Shown: positions 31,471-40,849, counted from the stretch's first letter. The stretch is 64,000 bases of DNA from an uncultured Gammaproteobacteria bacterium (GCA_964407925.1 CAYOXM010000003.1:5023-69022), one strand, 5' to 3'. Notes: generated by a model from the letters alone, not told the origin. Numbers and translations: made by a program.

Positions 31471-32046
31471 CTAGAACGGCAGCGTGAGGCTGATCGGTTT
31501 TTTCTCCGCGAGCGGGTTGAAGTCGATCGGCACCTGCACCTGCTGGCCCATGCGATCCTTGTACCGCACGTGCTTGTTCGCGAGCCCGAATTCGTACACT
31601 TCCTTCGTGACTTTCACGTCCTGCAGGCAGTAGTCGCGCAGCTTGTCGATTTCGCCGCGGCGGAAAAACTCGATCGCCTGAAGGCCGTTCCCCGACTTGC
31701 CGACGCCGAGCGAGGCATGCGCGACGTCGTCGAGCTTCACGCGGAAGCCGATCTTCTTCTCGATCTCGGCCATGATGTCGAGCATCGGAAACTTCATCAG
31801 GTCGCCGGGATAGTAGGTATTCAGCACCGGAAAATCGAAACCGATGATGTTATACCCGATGATACGGTCGGCCGCTTCCATGGCGCGCCACAGTTTCGGC
31901 AGGTCCGGTTCCATGTACGACTCGTATTTGTCGGTCGCGTAATCGTACACGCCGACGAGCGAGACCTTGAGCAGCGTCGGGTCGTACTTGCCGACGTCGG
32001 CGAAACTATTGGCGGTCTCGATGTCGAGGACGAGTTCTTTTCCCAT
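31471..32046 (-). CDS. RNase H-like / DnaQ-type 3'-5' exonuclease domain protein
   Basis: LDIET (ExoI), GYN..GFD (ExoII) and YCLQDV (ExoIII) motifs. Confidence 0.85.
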   Translation of the reverse strand: MGKELVLDIETANSFADVGKYDPTLLKVSLVGVYDYATDKYESYMEPDLPKLWRAMEAADRIIGYNIIGFDFPVLNTYYPGDLMKFPMLDIMAEIEKKIGFRVKLDDVAHASLGVGKSGNGLQAIEFFRRGEIDKLRDYCLQDVKVTKEVYEFGLANKHVRYKDRMGQQVQVPIDFNPLAEKKPISLTLPF

Positions 32047-32051
32047 ATATA

Positions 32052-32123
32052 GTTCAAAGGTCAGAGTATCAAAGCTTAAAGGTTAGAGCGCTCTAACCTC
32101 TGAAGCTCTCACCTCTAAACCTG
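32052..32123. repeat. 8-nt-period degenerate repeats arranged as an inverted array (copy 1)
   Basis: GTTCAAAG/GTCAGAGT/... units around the perfect centre AGGTTAGAGC|GCTCTAACCT. Confidence 0.6.
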
Positions 32124-32125
32124 TT

Positions 32126-32308
32126 TTATCCGGTACAGCCGCATTTGCAGGCGCGCTCAAAATGCTCGGCATGGCCGCAGTTCCAGCAGAACTGGCCGAC
32201 CTGCTGTTCGGCCTCGCAGCCGCAATCGCACGTACCGTCTTCCTTGTGCTCGTGGTCGCAAACCGAGCAATTCAACGACGCCGCCATACTGTTCGCGTGT
32301 CCGCTCAT
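32126..32308 (-). CDS. small Cys/His-rich, metallothionein-like protein
   Basis: Two repeats: CSVCDHEH....CDCGC and CWNCGHAEH....CKCGC. Confidence 0.6.
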   Translation of the reverse strand: MSGHANSMAASLNCSVCDHEHKEDGTCDCGCEAEQQVGQFCWNCGHAEHFERACKCGCTG

Positions 32309-32343
32309 GGGTTACGTGAGTGAAAGATGGGGGGAATTCGGGT

Positions 32344-32661
32344 TCACGCGCCGGCTGCGGCCTTGAGCTCGTCGAGACGCGCCCGCACCGTCGCCGCGGC
32401 CTCATGCTGGTTTTTGACGCTCGCGAGCCGTGCGCCGAGTTCGCTGTCGCCGACGACTTCGATGACCCATCGTGACAGGTCGTTCTTCTGACCGCTCACG
32501 TGGTAGGCGAAAACTTCGTCGCTGACGGTGCCGACGCCGACGCCGAATTCCTCGAGGTTCTTCGCCACGAGATGCATGTGGAACCAGAACGCGCGCCACA
32601 TCGGCTCGACGTCCTTCAGGTACTTGCGCGCTGTCTCGGCGCTGACGATGTCGGCTGCCAT
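32344..32661 (-). CDS. hypothetical protein (DUF5752-like)
   Basis: AFWF.....KNLEE...VFAYHV...KND.SRWV..V.GD..L pattern. Confidence 0.7.
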   Translation of the reverse strand: MAADIVSAETARKYLKDVEPMWRAFWFHMHLVAKNLEEFGVGVGTVSDEVFAYHVSGQKNDLSRWVIEVVGDSELGARLASVKNQHEAAATVRARLDELKAAAGA

Positions 32662-32773
32662 AGGTCGACGGTAAGTATACCATCGGTCGTCGTAGCCGCA
32701 AGAAGCGGGCAGTTGCCTTTCCCCGCGCCCTCTGGAACGATGCATCCAAGCCCTTTTTTGGCCGAGGTGAACC

Positions 32774-33166
32774 GTGAAGAAGCGCTCCCCGCGGGCGCTC
32801 CGTGAGCGCCGCCTGCATTACCGCCTGCTCGGCAGGACATACGCCATCCTCCGATCCGACGAGTGGCGCGTCCGCCTCGTGCGGATGCACGGCAACGGCA
32901 AACTGTGCGGCGCGCTCGGCGTGCCCACGACCTCGATCGGCACGGTCGACGACGAGGCGCAGGTCATTACCATCGACCTGCGCAACGACATCCTTTCGAC
33001 CGCGCTTCACGAGTGCCTCCACGTCATCGTCGGCGACCGCTTCGGTCCCGGCCGCCACAAGACCGAAGAGCGCGAGGTGCTGCGACTCGAAAAACTGATG
33101 ATGCGGCATCTGTCGCATGCGCAGGCCACCCGCCTTTTCCGCCTCATCGCGGCCCGGCTCGAATGA
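32774..33166 (+). CDS. small HExxH putative metallopeptidase
   Basis: TALHECLH followed by a downstream EE; GAGG SD before GTG. Confidence 0.6.
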   Translation: MKKRSPRALRERRLHYRLLGRTYAILRSDEWRVRLVRMHGNGKLCGALGVPTTSIGTVDDEAQVITIDLRNDILSTALHECLHVIVGDRFGPGRHKTEEREVLRLEKLMMRHLSHAQATRLFRLIAARLE

Positions 33167-33193
33167 AAAACCCCCGCTTCGTGCGGGGGCGTT

Positions 33194-34501
33194 TTATGTT
33201 CCGCCCAGACGGGCGAGGACGCGCTCGAACGACGCGAGGTCCGGATCGATGACCACGGGCGCGTTCGCGCGAGAGGGCGGGATGCCGGGGAGCGCGCCCG
33301 AGTGATAGCCGACGGTCGCGTCGGGATCCTTGAGCATGTGCCCGGTGAGCACGGCGAGGACGGAATCCCCGCGGCGCACGAGGCCGACGTCGGCGAGCTT
33401 CTTGAGTCCCGCGGCCGCGGCGCACGAGGCCGGTTCCGCGCCGACGCCGTCGGCATCAAGGACGGCTTTCGCGTCCATGATTTCGCGGTCGTCGACCTGC
33501 ACCACGACGCCGTCGGTCTCGCGGATGGTGCGGACCGCCTTGTCGAAGTTGACCGGCGCGCCGATCTTGATCGCCGTCGCGATCGTCTCGGCGCGGACGA
33601 CCCGCTTCTTCCAGCCGTCGTGCATGTGCTGCGCGAGCCATAGCGGGTTCGCTCCGGCCGCCTGCACCATGGCGATGCGTGGAACGCGGGAGATGAGCCC
33701 GAGCTCGCGCGCTTCCTTCACCGCCTTCCCGAACGCCGCCGCGTTGCCGAGATTTCCGGCAGGAACGACGATCCAGTCGGGCGCGACCCATTTCATCTGC
33801 TCGAACGCCTCGAGCATCACGGTCTTCTGGCCTTCGAGCCGGACGGGATTCACGGAATTCATCACCGTGAGCCCGAACCGTTCCCGCGCCGAAAGCAGGA
33901 GCTTCAGCGCGTCGTCGAAGTCGCCGCGGACCTTCACCGTCGTGGCACCGTAGGCGAGCGATTGCGCGACCTTGCCGAGCGCCGTCCCCTTCTCGGAGAT
34001 GAGGATGACGGACGGGATGCCCGCGAGCGCCGCATAGGACGCGACGGACGCAGAGGTGTTGCCGGTCGAGGCGCACGCGACGATTTTCGCCCCGCACCGC
34101 TTCGCCCACGTCATCGCGACGGTCATGCCGCGGTCCTTGAAGGAGCCGGTCGGGTTCTCCCCCTCGTGCTTGAAGCGCGCGCCAGGGAGGCCGAGCCAGC
34201 GGTTGGTCCTCGCGAACTCATAGAACCGGGTGTTACCTTCCGCGCGCATGACGAGTTCGTCATCGGCGAGGCCGGGCATTACGAGGTCGCGGAAGCGCCA
34301 GACGCCGCTCTGGTCCGCCGGCGACTCGAGATGCCACCGACGGATGGCGAACATGGCGCGGAGCGAGTCTCCGCGGTAGCGCAGGGCGGACCAGTCATGA
34401 ACGACGTCGAGCAGGCCGCCGCAGTCGCAGGCGTAACGGTCGCCGTCGAGCGGATACGTGTCCGTGCAAAGAACGCACGCGAGGCGTGACGTCAGCTCCA
34501 T
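33194..34501 (-). CDS. thrC: threonine synthase
   Basis: EGNT, KHEGENPTGSFKDRG, CASTGNTSAS, NSVNP.RLEGQKT, GNLGN, TGH.LKD; located in the thr operon. Confidence 0.93.
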   Translation of the reverse strand: MELTSRLACVLCTDTYPLDGDRYACDCGGLLDVVHDWSALRYRGDSLRAMFAIRRWHLESPADQSGVWRFRDLVMPGLADDELVMRAEGNTRFYEFARTNRWLGLPGARFKHEGENPTGSFKDRGMTVAMTWAKRCGAKIVACASTGNTSASVASYAALAGIPSVILISEKGTALGKVAQSLAYGATTVKVRGDFDDALKLLLSARERFGLTVMNSVNPVRLEGQKTVMLEAFEQMKWVAPDWIVVPAGNLGNAAAFGKAVKEARELGLISRVPRIAMVQAAGANPLWLAQHMHDGWKKRVVRAETIATAIKIGAPVNFDKAVRTIRETDGVVVQVDDREIMDAKAVLDADGVGAEPASCAAAAGLKKLADVGLVRRGDSVLAVLTGHMLKDPDATVGYHSGALPGIPPSRANAPVVIDPDLASFERVLARLGGT

Positions 34502-34503
34502 CG

Positions 34504-35454
34504 CTAACTCCTTTCAATCGTCCGAGCGCCACCGGCGCCGACTCGGCTCACGATGACATCGGAGGGGATGCCGGTTTTCCGCCAAGCGGCCCGCATCATC
34601 CTCGCGACGACCTTCGCACGGGCCGGCCCATCAGTCAAAGCGAAAAGCGCGGGACCGGCGCCGGAGACCGAGGCACAAGCGGCGCCGGCGGCGAGCGCGG
34701 CGCGGATGACCTCTGCGCCGCCGCGGATAAGACGAAGACGGACCGGCGCGGCAACGGCATCGGCCATGACCGCACGGCCGAATAAGGCCAAGTCCTTCCT
34801 ATATATGGCTGCGACGGCGGTGGCCGTGTTCGCGGCGGTCGCAGCCATGACGGCGAGCGGCACGGCTCTCGGGAGAGCCGCTCGCGAAGCCTTGGTTTCA
34901 AGCGTCAGCGCGGGGCTCACGACGACGACCTGCCACGTTTTCGGCGGCACGAGACGGACGACCTCGGGCGGATCCCCCGGACGGATGACGCAAAACCCGC
35001 CGAACAGCGCGGGCGCGACGTTGTCTGCATGCGCGACGCCGCAGGCGATACGCTCGCCCTCGCGAGCGAGGTCAAGAAGTCCGTCATCGTCGAACCGTCC
35101 GCCGAGGAGCGCGTTCGCGGCGACCGCGGCGGCGGCCGCTGAAGCGGATGAGGAGCCGAGCCCGCTCCCGAGGGGCAACCCCTTTGTCAAACGGACATCA
35201 GCGCCGAACCGCACGCCGGCGCGACGGAACGCGAGCGCGACGACCGCCGACGCGACGTTCTTGCGCGCGTCACGGGAAAGCTTTCCGCCGTCGCCCTCGA
35301 CGCCGACGAGCCGCACGCCCGGACGAGTCGAACGGGCCGCGGCCACGACGTCGCCACGGCCCTCCAGCGCGAACCCGAAAACGTCGAACCCCGGACCGAC
35401 GTTGGCGACGGTCGCCGGGGCGAACGCTGATACGTGATCAAGACGTCCTTTCAT
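34504..35454 (-). CDS. thrB: homoserine kinase
   Basis: PATVANVGPGFD, KGLPLGSGLGSS, HADNVAP and SGAGP motifs. Confidence 0.94.
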   Translation of the reverse strand: MKGRLDHVSAFAPATVANVGPGFDVFGFALEGRGDVVAAARSTRPGVRLVGVEGDGGKLSRDARKNVASAVVALAFRRAGVRFGADVRLTKGLPLGSGLGSSSASAAAAAVAANALLGGRFDDDGLLDLAREGERIACGVAHADNVAPALFGGFCVIRPGDPPEVVRLVPPKTWQVVVVSPALTLETKASRAALPRAVPLAVMAATAANTATAVAAIYRKDLALFGRAVMADAVAAPVRLRLIRGGAEVIRAALAAGAACASVSGAGPALFALTDGPARAKVVARMMRAAWRKTGIPSDVIVSRVGAGGARTIERS

Positions 35455-35756
35455 TCCCTTATGTATACCCATGCCTTCGTCCCGCTCGCGAGATGCACCC
35501 GCATGCGCTGGTACGTTTCCGACTCATACCCGTCGACGCGCCGCAGCGTCTCCTCGTCGACGTCGATGACGTCCCCCGCGACCGACATGCCGCCCGCGGG
35601 GGCGATGTTGGGATAGGCCATCCCCTGAATGGTCGTCGTCGTTTTCGCGTACCCCTCAAGGACGTCGGGAACGCGCTCCGGCCGCCCGCCGAAGAGCGCA
35701 CGTCCGATGTCTCCGTCGCGAAGCGTCCCGTAGGTGAACAGCTTTTCCTTGTGCAT
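35451..35756 (-). CDS. gamma-glutamylcyclotransferase (AIG2-like), copy 1
   Basis: LFTYGTL...D.YE...Y.R...AWVY; stop overlaps the thrB start. Confidence 0.85.
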   Translation of the reverse strand: MHKEKLFTYGTLRDGDIGRALFGGRPERVPDVLEGYAKTTTTIQGMAYPNIAPAGGMSVAGDVIDVDEETLRRVDGYESETYQRMRVHLASGTKAWVYIRE

Positions 35757-35909
35757 ACGGAAAGGGTTAATGAGTATGCCTTCAGCGTGACGCCGTGGGG
35801 GAAGGCCGTCAACGCCCCTCAAAGCGGGGGGATTATTGACTTTTTCGGCGTAAACGCGCATACTCCTCGCGCCCGAAAGGGCACGTTCTCTGCAAAAAAG
35901 GAGCGCGCG

Positions 35910-36659
35910 ATGGACAGCCGAACGGCACTGGGAATCGACATGATCCGCACGATCGTCGGGTGGCGGCTCAAGGAAAGCCTGCTTTTCATCCCCTCGGACG
36001 ATTACGAGGACGAGCGGGAGGAGATCGACGAGGCGTGCACGGCGGCGCGCAAGGCCTTCGTCAGCCGACTGACCGACATCGCCGTCGCCGACGCCGCGGG
36101 AACGCGGTCGGCCGCCCTCCTCGTCACGCCGGACGAGGCGGAACGGCTCTTCGGCCCGCTCGCCGGACGCATCGCGGAAGCGATGAACGCGGGCAAGGAG
36201 GGCGAGGACGCCGCCCGGCGCCTGCGCATCGAACGCGCCGGACTCGTCGGTTTCGTGCGCGCCTGCGCTCCGGCCGCGGCGCGGTACTGCACGGAACCGA
36301 CGGCGGCGCTGCGCCGCGACGCCGAGGCGCTCGCCGGCTTCGTCGCGGAAAACGACCTGCTCCTCGAAGACCTCGACGAGAACGCCTGGCGCGCGTTCCT
36401 GCGCCGTACCACGACGCCGGAGGCGTTCCGGAACCGGATCACGAGCTACGTGAACCGCGTCACCGACGAGGAACCGCTGCTCGCGCAGTTCGTCCACGCG
36501 TTCCGGCGCGAGTTCCCCGATCCGGCCGAGTACCGTTCGGTCGAGGAGGAGCTTCGGCTGAACGACGCCGCGCAGATGGCCGCCGATCTCGAGGAGATCC
36601 GCGAAGACGTCGGCAACATCGTCAACGACGTCATCGGGGAGGTTTGGCCGCCGGGCTGA
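35910..36659 (+). CDS. hypothetical alpha-helical protein
   Basis: AAGGAG SD and TTGACT promoter; oriented opposite to the thr operon. Confidence 0.65.
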   Translation: MDSRTALGIDMIRTIVGWRLKESLLFIPSDDYEDEREEIDEACTAARKAFVSRLTDIAVADAAGTRSAALLVTPDEAERLFGPLAGRIAEAMNAGKEGEDAARRLRIERAGLVGFVRACAPAAARYCTEPTAALRRDAEALAGFVAENDLLLEDLDENAWRAFLRRTTTPEAFRNRITSYVNRVTDEEPLLAQFVHAFRREFPDPAEYRSVEEELRLNDAAQMAADLEEIREDVGNIVNDVIGEVWPPG

Positions 36660-36689
36660 CCGTCGCCGACGGCGATTCCGAGGACCGCT

Positions 36690-37034
36690 TCATGCGGTCC
36701 TTTTTTCTTCGTCCGTCACCTCACTGCCGGGCCGCCTACCGACGTACGCGAACGCGACCGTGCCGCTCGCGAGGACGAACGCCCGTCGCTCGTACGCCGA
36801 CGTCTCATACTCGTCCGCGCGCCGCAACTCGTCATCGGACACGTCGACGACGTCGCCCTTCACGGCCGCGTCTTCCTCGATGACGAGGTCGGGATAATTC
36901 CTGCCCTCGACCGTGATTTGCGTCAGGCCGTATCCGTCGAGATGGTCGGAACGGCTCTCGAGCCTGCGTCCGAACACTTCCTCCTGGACGGCCGGTTCGC
37001 GGAGCGTGCCGTAGATGAAAAGCGCGTGCGTCAT
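36690..37034 (-). CDS. gamma-glutamylcyclotransferase (AIG2-like), copy 2
   Basis: LFIYGTL...ADEYE...Y.R...AFAY. Confidence 0.85.
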   Translation of the reverse strand: MTHALFIYGTLREPAVQEEVFGRRLESRSDHLDGYGLTQITVEGRNYPDLVIEEDAAVKGDVVDVSDDELRRADEYETSAYERRAFVLASGTVAFAYVGRRPGSEVTDEEKRTA

Positions 37035-37041
37035 AATATTT

Positions 37042-38097
37042 TCAGAGCAGTCCCCGTGCCGCGAGCAACTCCGCGTCGGCAACGGCGGCACCGGCCGCGC
37101 CACGGACGGTATTATGCGACAGGACGACGAATTTCCACTGGAGTATCGGGCACTTGCGAAGCCGACCGACGCTCACCGCCATTCCCCTGCCCGCGTCGCG
37201 GTCGCGCCGCGGCTGCGGACGGTTTTCCTCCTCGCGCACGACGACGAACGGCGTCGGAAGGCTCGGCAATCCGAGCGCCGCGACGGACGGGACGTACGAG
37301 CGCCACGCCGCGAGGACGTCCTCGGCCGACGCCCGCGCGCCGAGTTCCACGGACACGCACTCGAGATGACCGTCGCGGACGTGCACGCGGTTGCAGTGCG
37401 CCGAGACGGCGATGTCCGCGTCCGCGAACCGTTCGCCGTCGTACCGCCCAAGGAGCTTTAGCGTCTCCGCCTGCATCTTTTCCTCCTCCCCCTTGATGAA
37501 CGGCACGACGTTGTCGAGGATGTCGAGCGACGGCACGCCCGGATAGCCCGCGCCGGAAATCGCCTGCATCGTAGTGACGAGGACTTTCGTCACGCCGAAC
37601 GCGTCTTGGAGCGGCTTGAGCGCGCAAACGAGACCGACGGTCGAACAGTTCGGGTTCGTGACGATGAATCCCCTGCGCCAGCCGCGATTCGCCTTCTGCC
37701 GCGCGACGGCGCCAAGATGGTCGGCGTTCACTTCGGGGATGACAAGCGGCACGTCTGGCTCCATCCGGTGATTCTTCGCGTTCGAGATGACGGGATACCC
37801 GGCTTCGGCGAAGGACGCTTCGATTTCCCCCGCGACCGCGTTATCGAGGCCCGAGAGCACGAAATCGCAATCGAGGCCGGGCGTGCACTCGCGTACCACC
37901 ATGCCTTTCGCCCAGTCGGGCATCGGCTGGTCGAGCTGCCAGGCCGCGGCCTCGGCGTACGGCTTGCCGGCGGACTGCTCGGATGCGGCGAGCGCGGTCA
38001 CCGAGAACCAAGGATGATTGTCGAGCAGCGCGAGCATCCTTTGTCCGACCGTGCCGGTCGCGCCGAGGATTCCCACGCGCCAATGTTTTTTTTCCAT
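37042..38097 (-). CDS. asd: aspartate-semialdehyde dehydrogenase
   Basis: GILGATGTVGQ, PLVIPEVN, TNPNCST, QAISGAG, CNRV...DGH and HNTVRGAAG motifs. Confidence 0.95.
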   Translation of the reverse strand: MEKKHWRVGILGATGTVGQRMLALLDNHPWFSVTALAASEQSAGKPYAEAAAWQLDQPMPDWAKGMVVRECTPGLDCDFVLSGLDNAVAGEIEASFAEAGYPVISNAKNHRMEPDVPLVIPEVNADHLGAVARQKANRGWRRGFIVTNPNCSTVGLVCALKPLQDAFGVTKVLVTTMQAISGAGYPGVPSLDILDNVVPFIKGEEEKMQAETLKLLGRYDGERFADADIAVSAHCNRVHVRDGHLECVSVELGARASAEDVLAAWRSYVPSVAALGLPSLPTPFVVVREEENRPQPRRDRDAGRGMAVSVGRLRKCPILQWKFVVLSHNTVRGAAGAAVADAELLAARGLL

Positions 38098-38108
38098 AGG
38101 ATTGCCGG

Positions 38109-39194
38109 TCAGAATCCGCCGACGCGCAGCAGGTCCGAGAAGACGCCCGCAGCCGACACTTCCGCGCCCGCGCCCGGCCCCTTGATGACGAGCGGCAGCG
38201 CGTTGTACCGGCGACTGCGGATGACGAACATGTTTTCCGGCCCTTCGAGCGCGCCGAATCCGGAACCGCTCGGGACTTCCTCGATGCCGACACGGACGGC
38301 ATCCGGCGTGAGCGTGGCAAGGTAGCGCAGGGCATGCCCGCGCCTCGCCGCGGACTTCACGCGCTCGTCGAATTCGCGGCCGTGCTCGGAGAGGCCGTCG
38401 AGGAAGGCGTCCGCGCCGCCTTCGCGAAGCGCTTCGGGAACCAGGCTTTCTGCCGTAACGCTCTCAAGATCGATGCGGTGACCCAGCAAGCGCGCAAGGA
38501 TGAGCGCCTTGCGGCACACGTCCGCGCCGGACAGGTCCTCGCGCGGGTCAGGTTCGGTGTACCCGCGCGTCTTCGCGTCACGAACGGCGAGCGCGAACGG
38601 GACGCCCTTGCCGCACTCCGCGAAAAGGTGGCCGAGCGTCCCCGACATCGCCGCGCGGACCTCGATGACGGCGTCGCCGGAAAGGAGCATGTCACGGAGC
38701 GTGCTGACGACGGGGAGCCCCGCCCCGACGGTTGATTCGTAGCGGTAGGCGGGACCGTTCGGGTCGGCCTGCGCGGCCACGATGGCGTCGTACTGGATGA
38801 GCGGCGCGGTGAGCGGCTTCTTGTTCGCGCTGATCACGTGCCAGCCGCGGCGGAGCCAGGTCGCGTGCGCCTCGTGGTTCCTTTCGGCGGTCATGTCGAC
38901 GACGACCTGCCCCTCGGCATCCATGCCGGCGACGCTCGCGGTCACGTCGTCCCAACTGCCTGATCCGGCGCCGGCAGGACGGAGTTCGAACCGCGCTCGC
39001 CCCTCGGCGATGCCGTTCAGGTCGAACACGGGAATCCCCTGCGGGATGTAAATCGCGGTCGTCCTGCCGACGATGCCCGTGACGCGGATATCGACGCCGC
39101 GGCGCAGGAACGCCTCATGCGTTTCCGCGATCTGCCGGATGAACGCGCGACCGACGTTGCCTTTGCCGATGATGACGACGGGTATCACGCGCAT
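38109..39194 (-). CDS. hom: homoserine dehydrogenase (ThrA/MetL C-terminal type)
   Basis: GKGNVG, SANKK, YESTVGAGLP, GYTEPDPREDLSG.D..RK, GPGAGAEVSA. Confidence 0.93.
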   Translation of the reverse strand: MRVIPVVIIGKGNVGRAFIRQIAETHEAFLRRGVDIRVTGIVGRTTAIYIPQGIPVFDLNGIAEGRARFELRPAGAGSGSWDDVTASVAGMDAEGQVVVDMTAERNHEAHATWLRRGWHVISANKKPLTAPLIQYDAIVAAQADPNGPAYRYESTVGAGLPVVSTLRDMLLSGDAVIEVRAAMSGTLGHLFAECGKGVPFALAVRDAKTRGYTEPDPREDLSGADVCRKALILARLLGHRIDLESVTAESLVPEALREGGADAFLDGLSEHGREFDERVKSAARRGHALRYLATLTPDAVRVGIEEVPSGSGFGALEGPENMFVIRSRRYNALPLVIKGPGAGAEVSAAGVFSDLLRVGGF

Positions 39195-40591
39195 ACGGGA
39201 AGGGATAATGCATGAAGGGCGAAGGCCTCGTGCGCGGCGCGCACGGCGGCGTCGGCTTGCGATTCGCGGACGACGAAGGAGATGTTGCGCTCAGACGACC
39301 CTTGGGCGATGGCCAGCACGTTCACGCCCGCGGCCGCGACTGCGGTGAACAGGCGTCCCGCGACGCCCGGCGAACCGCGCATCCCCTCGCCGACGATGGC
39401 GACCGCGGCGACGCGCCCCTCGACCGCGATGCGGTCGACGAGCCGCGCCTCGAGGTGCTCGCGCAAGTCGCGATCGAGCGCGGCGGCGAACGCGGCCGCG
39501 GAATCGCGCCCGACGAGGAGGCAGATGTTCTGCTCGGACGACGACTGACTGAACATCACGATGTTCACGCGCTCCCGACCGGCGACCCGGAAGACGTGCG
39601 CCGCGAAGCCGGCGATGCCGACCATCCCGCGCCCCTCGACCGTCACCATGGCGAGGCCTTTCGCCGCGGTGACGACCTTCACGCCATGCGGCGCGGTGGA
39701 CGTGCGGCTCCCGATCGCGGTGCCGGGGGCGTCGGGCCGGAAGGTGTTGCGCATCCTGATGGGAATGCCGGCCTCGACCGCGGGAATCATCGTCTTCGGG
39801 TGGAGCACCTTCGCGCCGAAGTAGGACATCTCGGCGGCTTCGTCGTAACTGATGTCAGAAATGAGCGCGGCGTTCGGGATTATGGCGGGGTCGGCGGTCA
39901 TCACGCCGTCGACCTCCTTCCATATCCAGATTTCCTTCGCGGCGAGGCCGGCCGCGACGATGGCGACGCTGTAGTCCGAACCGCCGCGACCCAGCGTCGT
40001 CGTGACGCCCTTGGGCGTGGCACCGATGAATCCGGTGACGACGGGAACGACGGCTTTCTCCACGAGCGGCGCGAGGACGTCGCGAACCTTGCCGTACGTC
40101 CGCTTGAAATCCACGTTCGCCGCGCCGAACCGGTCATCGGTCTCGATCAGGCCGCGACTGTCGACGGCGACAGCGGCGATGCCACGCGCCACGAGCGCCG
40201 CCGTGACGACGGGCGCGCTCATCCGCTCGCCGAAGGAGACGACGGCGTCCGACGCGCGGTCGTCGAGCGTTCCGGCTTCGGCGACGGCACGGAGCGTCGA
40301 CGCGAGTTCGCCCGCGAGCGTGCGGACCGCGTCGAGCGCAGAAACGTTTTCGCCGAATGCCGCGAGCGCCGACTCGTGCCGCGCAAGGATTGATGCGGCG
40401 CCCGCCTCCGCGCCAGCAGCGTCGCCCTTCGCGGCGAGCGCGGCGAGTCCGAGCAACTCGTCCGTCACGCCGCGTAGAGCGGACACGACGAGGACGGGGC
40501 GGACGTCACGGTACCGTGCGACGATGTCCGCGACCTGCGTGATGGCGTCGGCCGTGCCGACGGAGCTGCCGCCGAATTTCATGACGATCAT
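39185..40591 (-). CDS. lysC: aspartate kinase with two ACT domains
   Basis: MKFGGSSVG, TTLGRGGSDYS, VDGVMTADP, FGAKVLHP, QGSSERNIS. Confidence 0.93.
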   Translation of the reverse strand: MIVMKFGGSSVGTADAITQVADIVARYRDVRPVLVVSALRGVTDELLGLAALAAKGDAAGAEAGAASILARHESALAAFGENVSALDAVRTLAGELASTLRAVAEAGTLDDRASDAVVSFGERMSAPVVTAALVARGIAAVAVDSRGLIETDDRFGAANVDFKRTYGKVRDVLAPLVEKAVVPVVTGFIGATPKGVTTTLGRGGSDYSVAIVAAGLAAKEIWIWKEVDGVMTADPAIIPNAALISDISYDEAAEMSYFGAKVLHPKTMIPAVEAGIPIRMRNTFRPDAPGTAIGSRTSTAPHGVKVVTAAKGLAMVTVEGRGMVGIAGFAAHVFRVAGRERVNIVMFSQSSSEQNICLLVGRDSAAAFAAALDRDLREHLEARLVDRIAVEGRVAAVAIVGEGMRGSPGVAGRLFTAVAAAGVNVLAIAQGSSERNISFVVRESQADAAVRAAHEAFALHALSLPVCA

Positions 40592-40593
40592 AT

Positions 40594-40676
40594 GTCGAGA
40601 GTGTGAAAGGTTGGGAGGTCATGAGGCCGAGAGACGCTCTCAACCTTTAAACCTTTTGACCTCTCAACCTTTTAAA
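40594..40676. repeat. 8-nt-period degenerate repeats arranged as an inverted array (copy 2)
   Basis: GTCGAGAG TGTGAAAG GTTGGGAG GTCATGAG GCCGAGAG / CTCTCAAC CTTTAAAC CTTTTGAC CTCTCAAC. Confidence 0.65.
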
Positions 40677-40699
40677 AAGCCCGCCTTCGCGTGGCGGGT
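40674..40699 (-). terminator. thr attenuator terminator
   Basis: Minus strand ACCCGCC-ACGCGAA-GGCGGGC-TTTTT between the leader peptide and aspartate kinase. Confidence 0.8.
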
Positions 40700-40733
40700 G
40701 TCTGTCTCGCGTGCGTGTTCTCGCAGCAGCGAC

Positions 40734-40799
40734 CTACCCCGCCGAACAAGTCGTCGTGGTCGTGGTCGTCGTCGTCGTCGTGACAAACGCGGTGGCCAT
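40734..40799 (-). CDS. thrL: thr operon leader peptide
   Basis: MATAFVTTTTTTTTTTTCSAG*: 11 consecutive Thr codons upstream of the thr genes and of a terminator. Confidence 0.88.
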   Translation of the reverse strand: MATAFVTTTTTTTTTTTCSAG

Positions 40800-40849
40800 A
40801 ATGATGGGAGATAGCGTAACACGCTTCCCCGTCGCGTCAAACGACAGAC

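Noticed and set aside
40749-40781. (CGT/GGT)n microsatellite as a contingency repeat
   Set aside because: Explained as the Thr codons of the leader peptide.
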